Assembly: GCA_025201805.1 (NCBI GenBank) | Contig: MU619374.1 | Coordinates: 1-64,000 of the forward strand | Length of the DNA: 64,000 nt | From: Parasitella parasitica NRRL 2501 | Taxonomy: Eukaryota; Fungi; Mucoromycota | Direction: 5' to 3' | Shown here: piece after piece, positions 37,595 through 48,864 of the stretch | How the letters are laid out: each line of letters opens with the position of its first letter | Numbering within the stretch: the first letter of the stretch is position 1 | Position numbers and translations under genes: made by a program | The notes under the pieces: generated by a model | The model's database searches: none | Seen by the model: the letters and a program-made list of their open reading frames with translations, nothing else | Told to the model about the DNA's origin: nothing

Positions 37595-38560
37595 CTAGGC
37601 ATTTTTCTCGATTTCCACCTTAATATATCTACAAAGCTCACTCGTACCCACTTCTCGCTTCATTATGAGCCAGTTGTCCAATAAATCTGTCAGTAAGGTA
37701 CTTTTAAATTTGCCAGTCGAAGTCCCTAATAACTCGCATGTTCTCTGTACTGCACAATCGACATGATTATCCCCCAAAATCTTGCCGACAAAAGCAGCGC
37801 CCATCAAGTCAAAACAAGCGGATATACTATAAAACGTCAGTTGCTGCGTTTGTTGTGATTGATTTGCCAACAGTTTGTATCCGGTGTATTCCAAAAATGC
37901 TTTTATGTTATCTGCCAACGTATACGTGATTTCGCGACAATAGGAAGGAAAGGAGGCATCTAGTTTGATCAAGAGGCGCACCATGACTACAGCCAATGCA
38001 CGATGTGCATCACTATCATTTGTTTTTCTTGTTTCTGTACTACTTGGCCAAGAGGAAGTATTGGGAGGGCAACCATGACGACAACGGATAATAGCAGATA
38101 CGAATACCGCGTGATGAAAGATTAGATCGACAGCAGTGCGAATACGATTCCGTATATCAATGTCTTCGATCAGCACATACTTGTGTTTGTATGAGGATAT
38201 ACCACTAATGACTTTCTGGTGCAGTGCCTGTTCTTTTTCGTTATTGCATCCAACGACTGTCAAACAATTTAGTTTGTTACTGTCTGCCTGTTTTTTAGTG
38301 TCGTTGGTTATGGGGAATTCGACAATCTGCTTGGATATTTCCTGTAGCGCTATCAATGCCGTCCTGCATTGCACTTTCATGCTGGATTTTATATCAATTT
38401 TCCATGTCGTTCGAATTACATTGGATGCAAATATTCGAAGTTCTGAACTTGCTTGATAAAGACACCACAAATCTTTCAAATCAAGAAAGTTTACCAAAAT
38501 ATACATGACCAATTCATTTGGTAGTTTTAATAGACCAATACGCTGGATATCAGTGTTCAT
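37595..38560 (-). CDS. Hypothetical protein with N-terminal F-box-like motif
   Basis: Intronless 321 aa; LLKLPNELVMYILVNFLDLKDLWCLYQAS. Confidence 0.75.
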   Translation of the reverse strand: MNTDIQRIGLLKLPNELVMYILVNFLDLKDLWCLYQASSELRIFASNVIRTTWKIDIKSSMKVQCRTALIALQEISKQIVEFPITNDTKKQADSNKLNCLTVVGCNNEKEQALHQKVISGISSYKHKYVLIEDIDIRNRIRTAVDLIFHHAVFVSAIIRCRHGCPPNTSSWPSSTETRKTNDSDAHRALAVVMVRLLIKLDASFPSYCREITYTLADNIKAFLEYTGYKLLANQSQQTQQLTFYSISACFDLMGAAFVGKILGDNHVDCAVQRTCELLGTSTGKFKSTLLTDLLDNWLIMKREVGTSELCRYIKVEIEKNA

Positions 38561-38891
38561 TCCCTTTCTTTATCGTATGATTTTATAATGCGATGTCTTT
38601 AGCTCTCTCTCTCTCTCTCTCTCTCTCTGTCTTTGTGGTATGTCGTCTCTCAAAAGGGTATTGTTGTCAAGTAAGCAATGCTATTATTTTTGTTATTTAT
38701 TGACAAATAAACAAGTATGATGGTTGAAAAAAAAAGGTATCTGAAGAGAAAGAAAGAAGAGAGAGAGAGAGAGTAAAGAAAGTGAGTTGAAAAAAAAAAG
38801 GAGAAAATGTAAGTATCCCCCTTCATCATGCCCCTCTAATTTACTATAACCATATATTCTCACACAACTACAATCAGACCTTATTTGTCAT

Positions 38892-40754
38892 TTATTTACA
38901 ATGATTTTTCACTATGGTATAAGAACGTTTGAGCGACTCACTTATAACGGTGAATCCGCTTGAATCAAGCTTATCAATCACTTGCTTTCCAATGGCCCAG
39001 TTCTTTTGATGGCAGCATTCATCTAGCATTAGGCTCCAAGTGTCTTTTGTGGGACTCAACCTCATGTTTAGCATATAGTTCAAACAAGTATAGGCATCCT
39101 CAAGTCGGTCATGGTTCAAAAACCCGACTATCATAAAGTTAAATGTTGCTCTATCAGGCTGAATGCCACTTCTCAACATGTTCTGAAATGTTTCCATTGC
39201 TTTTCCCAACTGCATATGTTTGATGTAGCCCTGGATCAAGTTGGTGTACGTATGGATGGTTGGCTTCAGCTGCGATTTCCTCATCAAATCCAGTGTTTTT
39301 TCTGCTTGATTCAAATTGTCGCTTCCGATCCAGCCATTGATAATGGCATTGAATGTATAAATGTTCGGTGTCATGCCTATTTGTTTGATAATCTCAAGCA
39401 TATTCTCTGCCGATTTTGGTGCTTTTGTTTTGAAAATATTATCAATCAATGTAGTAAATGTAACAGTATCCGGCTCCATCCCCAGCTTAAACATGTCCGT
39501 TATAATTCCAGCAGCCGATGCCATGTCCCCTGCCTTTGTGTACCCTTTCAGCATTGTGTTGAATGTAATCATATCTGGCTTGAATGACGACTGAATCATT
39601 TGATTGTATAGTATCTTTGCAATGTTGAATTCTCTATTGATGACAAGCCCGTTGATCATTGTATTCAATATTACATCGTTTACTTTGAGGCGAGGATCTT
39701 TTTCGATTTCCTGGTAGGCTAGAAATGCCTTGTGCGATAGTCGACATTTGAAATAAACTTTGATGAGGTTGTTGTACAAAACTTCGTCTGGTATGTGTCC
39801 ACCAAGAATAGTGTCTCTGACAACTTGTTCTGCAGAAATAACGTCCCTTGAATGAGCATATACTGAAAGCATACTGCTGCAAATATAAGCATTGGGTTTC
39901 ACGCCGTGACGCTGCATTTCCTTGTACATGTGAGTGGCTTCACGCATCAATCTTGCATCAGTGTACCCCTTAATGAGAATATTGTATGTTGTTATGTCCA
40001 GTTTTTTGCCTTTCTGTTGTTCATAGATCCATCTAACGTCATTAAACTTCTTTTTTTCAATGAATTGAATCAAGTTATTGTTTAGTGCGAGGGTGCTTTT
40101 TAACCCATGCGTTAAAATTAATTCTTTAGCTGTTCGTCGTATTCTAGTTTCTTTGGGCATGCATCGACTCATGGTGCGATCAAAATCTCGGATGCTTGGT
40201 ACAATATCGTGTTTAGTGTTGGAATCTTTGATCAATTGAATTGCTTCTTCGATATTGTCCAAGCTGATATAGGTTGCCAATATGGCATTAAACGATCCAG
40301 TGGTTAATTTCAATTTAGATTCTTGAAAATCGCCCAAAAACATATCCAGAACATCGGCATATTGCATTTTGAATAATTTAGCTGTAAAATACTCGTTGTA
40401 TTCGTTTATTGTCCATTCCAAGCCTACGCTTTTCATGTCATCCAGCACCTGCAAGATTTGATCTTCAATGCACCAGTCATAGCGTCCCCATAAATCTGCT
40501 CGTATCTGTAAGAAATCGTCTCGGCTCAATTTTTTCAGCTGTTCCGGTTTGAATTCTTGATAATTTTTCCATTCTAATTGTCCATCTAAAATAGTGGACG
40601 AAGCGACCTTTGGGTTTTTCGCTGTAAGTGAGGGTGTTGGTGCGAGTGAGCTGTAATTGAGGCAAGGAAGTGACCTTTTGATTTGCTTTTGTATTGCAAT
40701 GTCATTATTTACCATTATGCGTGGCATACGGCAAACTCTAAAAAGCCGTTGCAT
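38892..40754 (-). CDS. Pentatricopeptide repeat protein, probably mitochondrial
   Basis: 620 aa with tandem 35-aa repeats (TYNILIKGY..GVKPN; TFNTMLKGY..GMEPD; TYTNLIQGY..GIQPD) and an Arg-rich N-terminus. Confidence 0.93.
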   Translation of the reverse strand: MQRLFRVCRMPRIMVNNDIAIQKQIKRSLPCLNYSSLAPTPSLTAKNPKVASSTILDGQLEWKNYQEFKPEQLKKLSRDDFLQIRADLWGRYDWCIEDQILQVLDDMKSVGLEWTINEYNEYFTAKLFKMQYADVLDMFLGDFQESKLKLTTGSFNAILATYISLDNIEEAIQLIKDSNTKHDIVPSIRDFDRTMSRCMPKETRIRRTAKELILTHGLKSTLALNNNLIQFIEKKKFNDVRWIYEQQKGKKLDITTYNILIKGYTDARLMREATHMYKEMQRHGVKPNAYICSSMLSVYAHSRDVISAEQVVRDTILGGHIPDEVLYNNLIKVYFKCRLSHKAFLAYQEIEKDPRLKVNDVILNTMINGLVINREFNIAKILYNQMIQSSFKPDMITFNTMLKGYTKAGDMASAAGIITDMFKLGMEPDTVTFTTLIDNIFKTKAPKSAENMLEIIKQIGMTPNIYTFNAIINGWIGSDNLNQAEKTLDLMRKSQLKPTIHTYTNLIQGYIKHMQLGKAMETFQNMLRSGIQPDRATFNFMIVGFLNHDRLEDAYTCLNYMLNMRLSPTKDTWSLMLDECCHQKNWAIGKQVIDKLDSSGFTVISESLKRSYTIVKNHCK

Positions 40755-41256
40755 TTCTAAAAAAAAATCTATAAGAGAGGTATTCTACAAAAAAAAAACA
40801 AGTTTAGTTCTGAACTATTTACCAGGGCCAATTCAAGTGTATGTAGCTTGACCTAGTCACTCAACTTTGCAGTCGTTAATGCAACTTGGAGTTTTTTTGA
40901 CACTGCCATCAATGACAAAAGTGCTTCTTATATTTGTGATTAAAAGTATTGCAGTGGGAAATGTGTGTGTGTGTGTGTGTTTTTGCGTTTAACATATGTG
41001 TAGAGAAGAGATATATGCTCCCCGCTTTGAGCACGTTGGGTTCAGCAATGATAACTGATTAGCGGGTCCGAAAAAGCCCACTTCTTCCATTGTACCAAGT
41101 AATATTAGTGCGCGCAGGTTCGGCCAACTGCCATTAGATGCTATTTAAACTCCAAAGTATGATTAGCGTACCTTTTTCATTCGAAATAACATTCAAAATT
41201 GCCAGAGAATATCGATACATCATTTCTTTCTTCATTCTTGATAAAAACGATTTCCT

Positions 41257-42235
41257 ATGGTCTCCTACCTTAAAAAATCGCTAGGTTCATTGGCAGGCTT
41301 TGGGTCTCCAGATCTTTTGCCTCCTCCCGAATATCTGGCTTCTACTGTTCAACATTGCGAAAATGATGAATTGGATGATTGTACCGGATGTGCGAGTCCA
41401 TGTTCAGAACACCAAGAATACCCTTCTTATCTCAATATTGAGATGGATTTCCCTATCCTGGGTAGCGTGAAGCCTTATGGACGACACATTTTAATTGCTA
41501 CTGGTGTATCGGATTGGCCCAAGAAGATTGAGCATGATAAAGGTTCATTTGCACGCACCCTATACAATGTAGAATACAATAGGAAATCAAATCCATGGAA
41601 AACCCTGGTTACCAACGCAGCTATGACTTCTACTCACTCAACTATACCTGATAGCTGTGATGTATTGATCTTTCCTGACAATATTTTGGTGTCCAATGTC
41701 ATTTGTGCACAAGCAGATGATTTCTACGATTTGTTTCTAGCTACATCATTACCCGAGGAACCCATGGATATTGAATTAATAAAACGAGACGATCGCATAG
41801 GACTAATGAACATAACGAAATGCCCTTTCAAGACATTAATGCTATTGTGCTCGCACAGAAAGCGAGATAAACGGTGTGGTGTAACGGCTCCTATATTGGC
41901 CCAAGAGCTTGACCATGTGTTAAGAGAGAAGGAGCTAGATGAAGAAGATGCTGCTGTTATTATGGTTAGCCATATTGGAGGTAAAATCTGCAGTGAACGA
42001 TAAAATATTTGATATCACTGATTCTGTATTGATAGGTCATAAAATTGCTGGTAATGTAATCTGTTACATTAATGACGGAACTCGTGGCATATGGTATGGT
42101 CGAGTGAAAACCTGTCATTGCCGCCGAATAATTGAGGAAACAATAATAAAAGGAAAGGTCATAAAAGATATATATCGTGGGGCAATGGACAATAGTTTCC
42201 AGAACCAGGCAAAAAGGACCACTTTGAAATGGTAA
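41257..42235 (+). CDS. APD1: Thioredoxin-like [2Fe-2S] ferredoxin, Apd1/Aim32 family (2 exons)
   Basis: GSVKPYGRHILIATG..DW, LLCSHRKRDKRCGVTAP, SHIGG/HKIAGNVI, WYGRV; ends TLKW*. Confidence 0.9.
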
Positions 42236-44389
42236 TAATAAAAAATTCTTATATTATAAGTAAATATTTTATCATAGTATCCAGTAATTAATATACTTCA
42301 TAAATCTACTTGAAAAGTAATGGCACCCAAAAAGGTATCAGGAAATAATAGTCCAATAATGAGCTATTTTTTGTTTAGGATATGAAGGCTAAGCGATATG
42401 GTTGGAGTATCATATTCTAAATATTATGTGTGGAAGTTGTTATAGAGGGATGAAGAATAATTAGTAACGAGAGCATCGTATTAAGGTGTATGCTACAAAA
42501 TTAAGAAAAAAGGCGATAGAAAAATAGAATATACGCTTCTTAATGTTAGACGAAGCCCAATCTAGCTCATCGAACTTCGACCTATTTAAAATTAAAGCAA
42601 AAGTATAATACAAGCTACTAATGTAATTAGAATACAGCAGACAATTCAACGTGGAATAGAGTTTATAAATACTTTTGTTTGGTTTTCTCAATTACATTTG
42701 TTGCGTTAAATCAAGAAAATACACTTATTTTCAAAATAGAATACTTTACTTATAAAAAAAAAATTGTGTATGCAACAAAGCGTGAAATAAATGACAATGT
42801 ATTTTCATTTGAAATGCAAGCTCTTGTAGAGTTAATGTTGTCGAAGTCGATCCAAATAGCTTGAATTTCTCGAAATTGGGCATGGTCTAACGAAAAGAAA
42901 AAGAAAAAAAATCGATTTTTTATTTAATAATATGTTAAACTTGATCTTGAGCAAGCAATGCTTGATTAACGTGGAGCATGAATTATGCAATCATCTTTAA
43001 ACGTATAATAATATTAATAATGGTATAATTCGTATTATTTACGCTTTATTATTAGGGTGTTAGTTAATAACCAAGAACTGCTTACTGATTCAATACAATG
43101 CGTGTACTTCACATCACCAGTTTAGCCTGTCAATTTGGCGCTACTGGAAGGTGCCATGCCTGGGAACAAACTTCTCGGTTATTCTCCTTGTGATAGAGTA
43201 CAATTATCTAGTAGTACAAGGGTAGTATGATATACTATGTAAATGTCAAGCATTCCTAATCGCTAACATTGCTATCCGGTCTATTACATACTATATAATA
43301 TATGTGGGTATTACAGGACAAGTAGTAATTGACAGTAATGTATGCAAGTAAGTTAATGGTGATAAACTCCTCTATGATGATAGATTTTGATCAGAAGTGG
43401 TAGATCAATTGTGATAGTAAAACTAGTTAGACTTTTGATTATAGTAATAATTAACTTCAGAATAAGAAGAACTAGAATTAGGCAGATATTTTCAATTCTG
43501 TTCCAATATCTGGTAAGAGTTGAACCTGTTTATAATAATTGGATGTTTCATGTAAAATGATACATCATGTAACGTGAATCGTCTAACCCCTCCTCTTAGT
43601 TGCAACTAATCCTACGTTGTTTATACGAGTATTTTCTGTATTATGAAAATTGTTGTTTTCTACTGATAACTTAGTATGTATATTTTTTTGCCTTCGTATA
43701 TGTTTGTATCAGATACCACTAGTGATTCAATAGCCCAATGTTTTCCAAGTTTGATTTACTTCCGCTTTACTCTTTAATTATGATGATGATGATGATGATG
43801 ATGAAGTTAGTAAAAATTGTAACGAATAAAGAAAACATCTTCAGAGCATTGACTCAGACATATATCGAATACATCAACTGTTTTAAACTGAATTGCTCGT
43901 TCCTTTGACCGTCTGAATGCTGAATTTCAGCTTGATTATCATCTTTAAGATAATTTCTCTTCTACCTTTTTTTTACAAGACTACTTCCTATGAATATATT
44001 AAAACATTGTTTTCCCTCATTATTATGACATTCAAGTGCTTCAAATAAACGTAATATAATGAAAATCGTCTTGTAGATCAATGTTATCACTAGATTCTTG
44101 TACATGGCAGTTCTATTAAAAGGAAAAAGCAGTGGTCCCAACAATAATTTATGCATTATTGTAATTATTGCCCATATTTTTATTGGTCATTATAATTTAG
44201 TAAGTGTGTGCTGGTATCTTCTGTTGTCACTTCTTTATAGACTATTTCATCATGAAATAATGAAATTTCATGTATATTATACATATATATAAGAATGACA
44301 AAAAATGGTATATGTAATTGAGATTCTATAATTGGCGCGAAGCATACTAGGGATATATGCGTACAATAGCATAATGTATACGTACTATA

Positions 44390-45254
44390 TTAAAAGCCCA
44401 AAAACACAGATCTTTTCTTGCCAGTAGGGTAAATGACAAGGTTAGCTAAAAAGAGACCCAGTGTCAAAGAAAGAGCAATGCCTAGCACTTGAAATACAAA
44501 TTCACTGCCACTTCCGTTATTAGAACCATCAAATAAATGTACTGCTCCCTTTACACCAATACTTCCGGGCACAAGAATAATGACACCACCCATAATTGGT
44601 ACAAATGCTAAGCGTTTGGTTAAACGGGCATACAAATTACCACAGCACCCTAACACAAATGCACCTGCACTAGGTGTTATGACAGAGGAAGAGCCGGCGT
44701 ACCTAGCAACAAAGTAATAAACAGCATAGCCTGCTGCACTATCTCCAACCATAGGCAGCCATTGGTTTAAGCTAGCACCATAGACAACTCCAAAGCCAAT
44801 TGTGGCTAACGGAAGAATAAGAAAGATCCACCATGGATTGACACTGTCGTGACATGCGCCTAGAACATCAATGGTTTGGTCTGGATGCGCTAATCGCCAA
44901 ATAGAACACCCGTAGCCGATGCCGAAAGCAAGAAACAAGACATACATCAAGGCATACACCAAATGTACGGTACCGCTAATTAGATTTTTAGCAGCCAACT
45001 CCATCACAGAACATGTTAGCGAATAACCTGGTAGAGCAATCACAATCTGTGCAACATTTTTTAGTTGAATATGCTGGAAACCAAGAGGATATTACTTACA
45101 GCAGCCATGGCGACAGCAGCAAAACATACATGAGGGTGTAACGCAAGGGTAATAACAGCAACAGGGATAGTAACGACCATTTCAAACACATTGCCAAACA
45201 TGGGCAGCTTCTCTGAGACGTAAGTCAAGATACCAACTTGTAGCNNNNNNNNNN

Positions 45255-45287
<33 letters not shown>

Positions 45288-46492
45288 TCAGCAACTATAT
45301 GATTTGGTGCAAAAAGTATTAATCTTACCACATAGACCAAAAATAGCACTAACCCAACAATCTGTCCAGGATCCGTTATAAAAAAGAGGTGCTACGAATG
45401 CAGATGTTGCGATATATCCAAGAATAACAATAGACGGGCTCCAAGTGGGTGGCTCATTTATAATACCATCCAAAAGAATCGTCGCTTCCTGTAGACAGAG
45501 TTCTCCCTTGGCAATTCGATATGCAATGACGTTTGATCTCTCCAGTTTTCCAATATCTAGTGAACGTGAACAGCGGATCAGATGGGTTTCGGAAGTGTGC
45601 GTCTCTACATCGCCAAAAGTAACGATAATCAATCCTGGTAAAACTGCATAGCTACCATCAATTTCAAGACGTTTGCCGACTTTTTCCATGGCTGCTTCCT
45701 GACGACATGCATGTATTTAGTCATTGATCTTGAAAATATATATATATTTATATATAAATAAAAGCTTACAATTCGATGCGACGGTGCACCTGTTCTAACA
45801 AGAGATTTTCCCAGTTTGATAATAAGATCTTGTCTCTGGAGAATGTCTGCAATTTCAGATGCAATCGCCATACGATGAGCAGCTACGGATACATCATCAG
45901 TGATACCGAGTTCAGCCTTGTGTAAATCTTCAAAATACATGCTACTTCGAGCAGACTGGGGGGATACACCTACAGTTTGTAACAGTGCTCTACTGGAAGC
46001 AATGGATCGCAGCTGGTACGTAGGGCGAGAAGTGTGTGGTTTTTGCTGCTGTAATGATATAGAGGAGGTAGAGCCCGCCTTTGGATGTAACAAATGTGGT
46101 AGGTGAGTAGCAGGAGCAGCAGATGAAGACCCTTGTTGACGTTGTCGGCGAGTCTTTTCTTCAAATAAGTCCAGTTTCAACAGATTAGACAAAATCCCAC
46201 CTCTGCTTGGCCTACGCCTGTTGTTGTGTTTTGTCACAGCATCTACAAGGTGAATTGCATGGTCTGCATGGCTTATTCTTCTTTGGACTGTGTTACCATT
46301 GTTGGTCGATGAAGAAGATGCTGAATCCACTGTGATGTCCACTCGTTCATCGAAATCTCCGCCTAGAGACTTCTCTGAAGTAGACTCGTCATCGTTTGCG
46401 GCTTTAAATGAATTTTTAGCGAGCACAGGACGGACGCTTGCTAGATCTATAGACGGAGGTGTTTCTGGATCAAGAAACTTGTTTCCCTCCAT
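44390..46492 (-). CDS. PRM10: Prm10/ThrE-family membrane protein (4 exons)
   Basis: IADILQRQDLIIKLGKSLVRTGAPSHRI, FGDVETHTSETH, LPGYSLTCSVMELAAKNLISG, ILVPGSIG; an N gap lies in an intron at 45245-45254. Confidence 0.9.
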
Positions 46493-47990
46493 TTTACTAT
46501 GTGAATCTGATTGAGAAGACAGAGAAAGAACATGGAAAATGCGGCGATCATAATGAAAAATTTATTTGAAACCAGTGTCTATTACTCCCACTCGTTTTAC
46601 CTGTCAAATCCTTTTGCTTTCATTTTGGAACGGATACTCAATGATGTGCTGTTATTAATTGGCCAAGTATCACCAAATACCAAAAGCCAAATTTCGTTAC
46701 TAGCGGACAAAACCATGAGTGATGATTCTTCCAATCAAATCTTTCTTCTAATAAGCAGCACTTCCGTGTGTATACGATACAAGACTTTAAGCCAGCATAG
46801 TTGTTTTATTCATTTGATTATTCTTATATCAGACATGTAAAAGACAAAAGTCTAAAGGAAGAGTATAAAGCATTCAACCAAGGCTTTTCAACATGTAACA
46901 AGCGTGTATATATCAGTTCGACAATATCATATCTCGACATCTCAATATCTTACATTTATGGTTTGAATTGATTCAAAGTAAAAAAAGAATCTCACAATAC
47001 ACCATCTTATCGATGGGCATACCAAAAATCAGAATTCAACCCGTTTTTTCATTTCTGTTGGTCATTTTTACAACTTTAGAAGCTGTTTATGGCCAGAACA
47101 GTCTATATACGAACTAGAATTTGCATCACCTAAATTTCAAATGATGCTCTGTACCTAACCAAAAAGACCTGGAAGATCTTGGAATTTTCTCTTTTCGAAT
47201 GAATTACCTCATCACCATAACACTGGCATAACAAAAGGCGTATTTTCTGCAGCAGAAATGCAAAATTTTCAGCACCATTATCCTCGTTTTGTCTTGATCT
47301 ATAATAGTTTTACGCTTTGAGAGCAAAAAAAAACTTTTTTTTCCCCAGTATATGTGCAAGCAAAGCAAATTATGGCCTCAAAAAGTACTGCATCTCATGG
47401 TTCCTTTGTATGATCATTTGCCATAATGAACTATATCGATAAAGGCCTTAAAAATTCCTCAAATTAGCGCCATGATGATGAGGCGCGGATCATATTTTCC
47501 GGTAAACAATGAGAACAAAAAGGTTCCAACTGATTCCGTATCACATAATAACCTGGATGAATCACAAAAAAGCCTATTTAGTTTCTAATGCAAATGCTAA
47601 AAGAGGGGGTTTATGGGAAGGGGGGGGGGAGGGGGATCATAGAGTGATTTATACCCGCAAGGTAATGATGCTAACAATAATCAACGTACAAGTGAGGTCA
47701 TTGCAGGTAATAAGTCAGGGTGCCAACTTTTGCAGCGCATGCCAGCACAAAACTGGGGGATTAACAGTAAATGTGTAACAGGTCGAGTAAGTAACAAAGC
47801 AAAGCGGTAGATGGTTTAATTATTTTTATTCATCATGTTTAGATAGGTTATACAGCTAATTATAATAGTAATAGATAATAAAGAGAAGAAGCATTATGTA
47901 CAAAAAGTAGTAGAGAATATATAGACAGGGAAAATAAGTATGGTGCTCTTTTCGTGGAAAAATTACAAGGTGATTAATACGTTTAGATGT

Positions 47991-48290
47991 TTAACACATA
48001 ATGCGACTTGAATTTGTGATGAACGATTGATGCTGACTTTGCCCGCAAGAAGCGGCTGTTTCCTCTGTTGATTCTTCTATGTATGCAGGGAATGAAAAAT
48101 ATAAATCTTGAAATGGGCTTTTTTCTATTGGTTCTTGCTTATTGTCATCTTGATTGCTAGTATTTGCAGATGATGGTGTTGAGGATACTAGCAGGAGTAA
48201 ATTTTTCACAAAAGCTGAAAATGAGTTCCTGCGAGTAGATGAAGTGGTAGACATGTTGGGTGTTGAAGCGGTGGCAATAGTGGCATTCAT
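47991..48290 (-). CDS. Small hypothetical protein (99 aa)
   Basis: ATG in good context (GAAATG), TATAAAA about 70 bp upstream on the minus strand, S/T-rich with RRNS and YFSFP motifs. Confidence 0.55.
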   Translation of the reverse strand: MNATIATASTPNMSTTSSTRRNSFSAFVKNLLLLVSSTPSSANTSNQDDNKQEPIEKSPFQDLYFSFPAYIEESTEETAASCGQSQHQSFITNSSRIMC

Positions 48291-48864
48291 TTCTGTGTGT
48301 TGATGATATAGCGATAATAAGGATGAGGGAAAAAAACAGAAGTAAACTGGCTCTCTTTTATATTTTTTTTTCCACTTTTACCAAATCAAGATTTCTACAT
48401 ATGATAACAGGCAGGTACGCCGGCATGATTAGTTTTGGCCAAAGCGAATAGAGAAAGAAAAAAAAGTGACCCGATCCACATATCTCCATAAGAGGATTTC
48501 CTTCTTTAAATATAATGAAAGGAGGGCCTGGACCACGTTGTTGAAAACTAGACATGATTTTCTTTATTTAGTTGTTACACATTCTAGTGCTTGCGCAAAA
48601 ACAAAGATCATAAGCCTTTCAAATAAAATATGATCGCCTCCTTGACAACGGGAATTTCGTAGTGTGATGGAGCACTTGAGGGAATCTCCGCACATGTGAG
48701 ATGTGCTGCTTCTGCTGAGGGCTATTTGTAGTGCTGTGTCTTGCATTTCGCATTACCATTAGCTTCCTTTTTTTTTTTTTTGCTTTTTTTTTTTTTTAAA
48801 AAAAACCATTATTTTCCTTCTAGATCTCTCTGTCTTTTCTGTATATATACACTCGTGACCATTC

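Noticed and set aside
42300-44350. 2-kb AT-rich gap as a possible transposon
   Set aside because: No terminal repeats or transposase/RT fragments recognisable by eye; a repeat-library search is needed.
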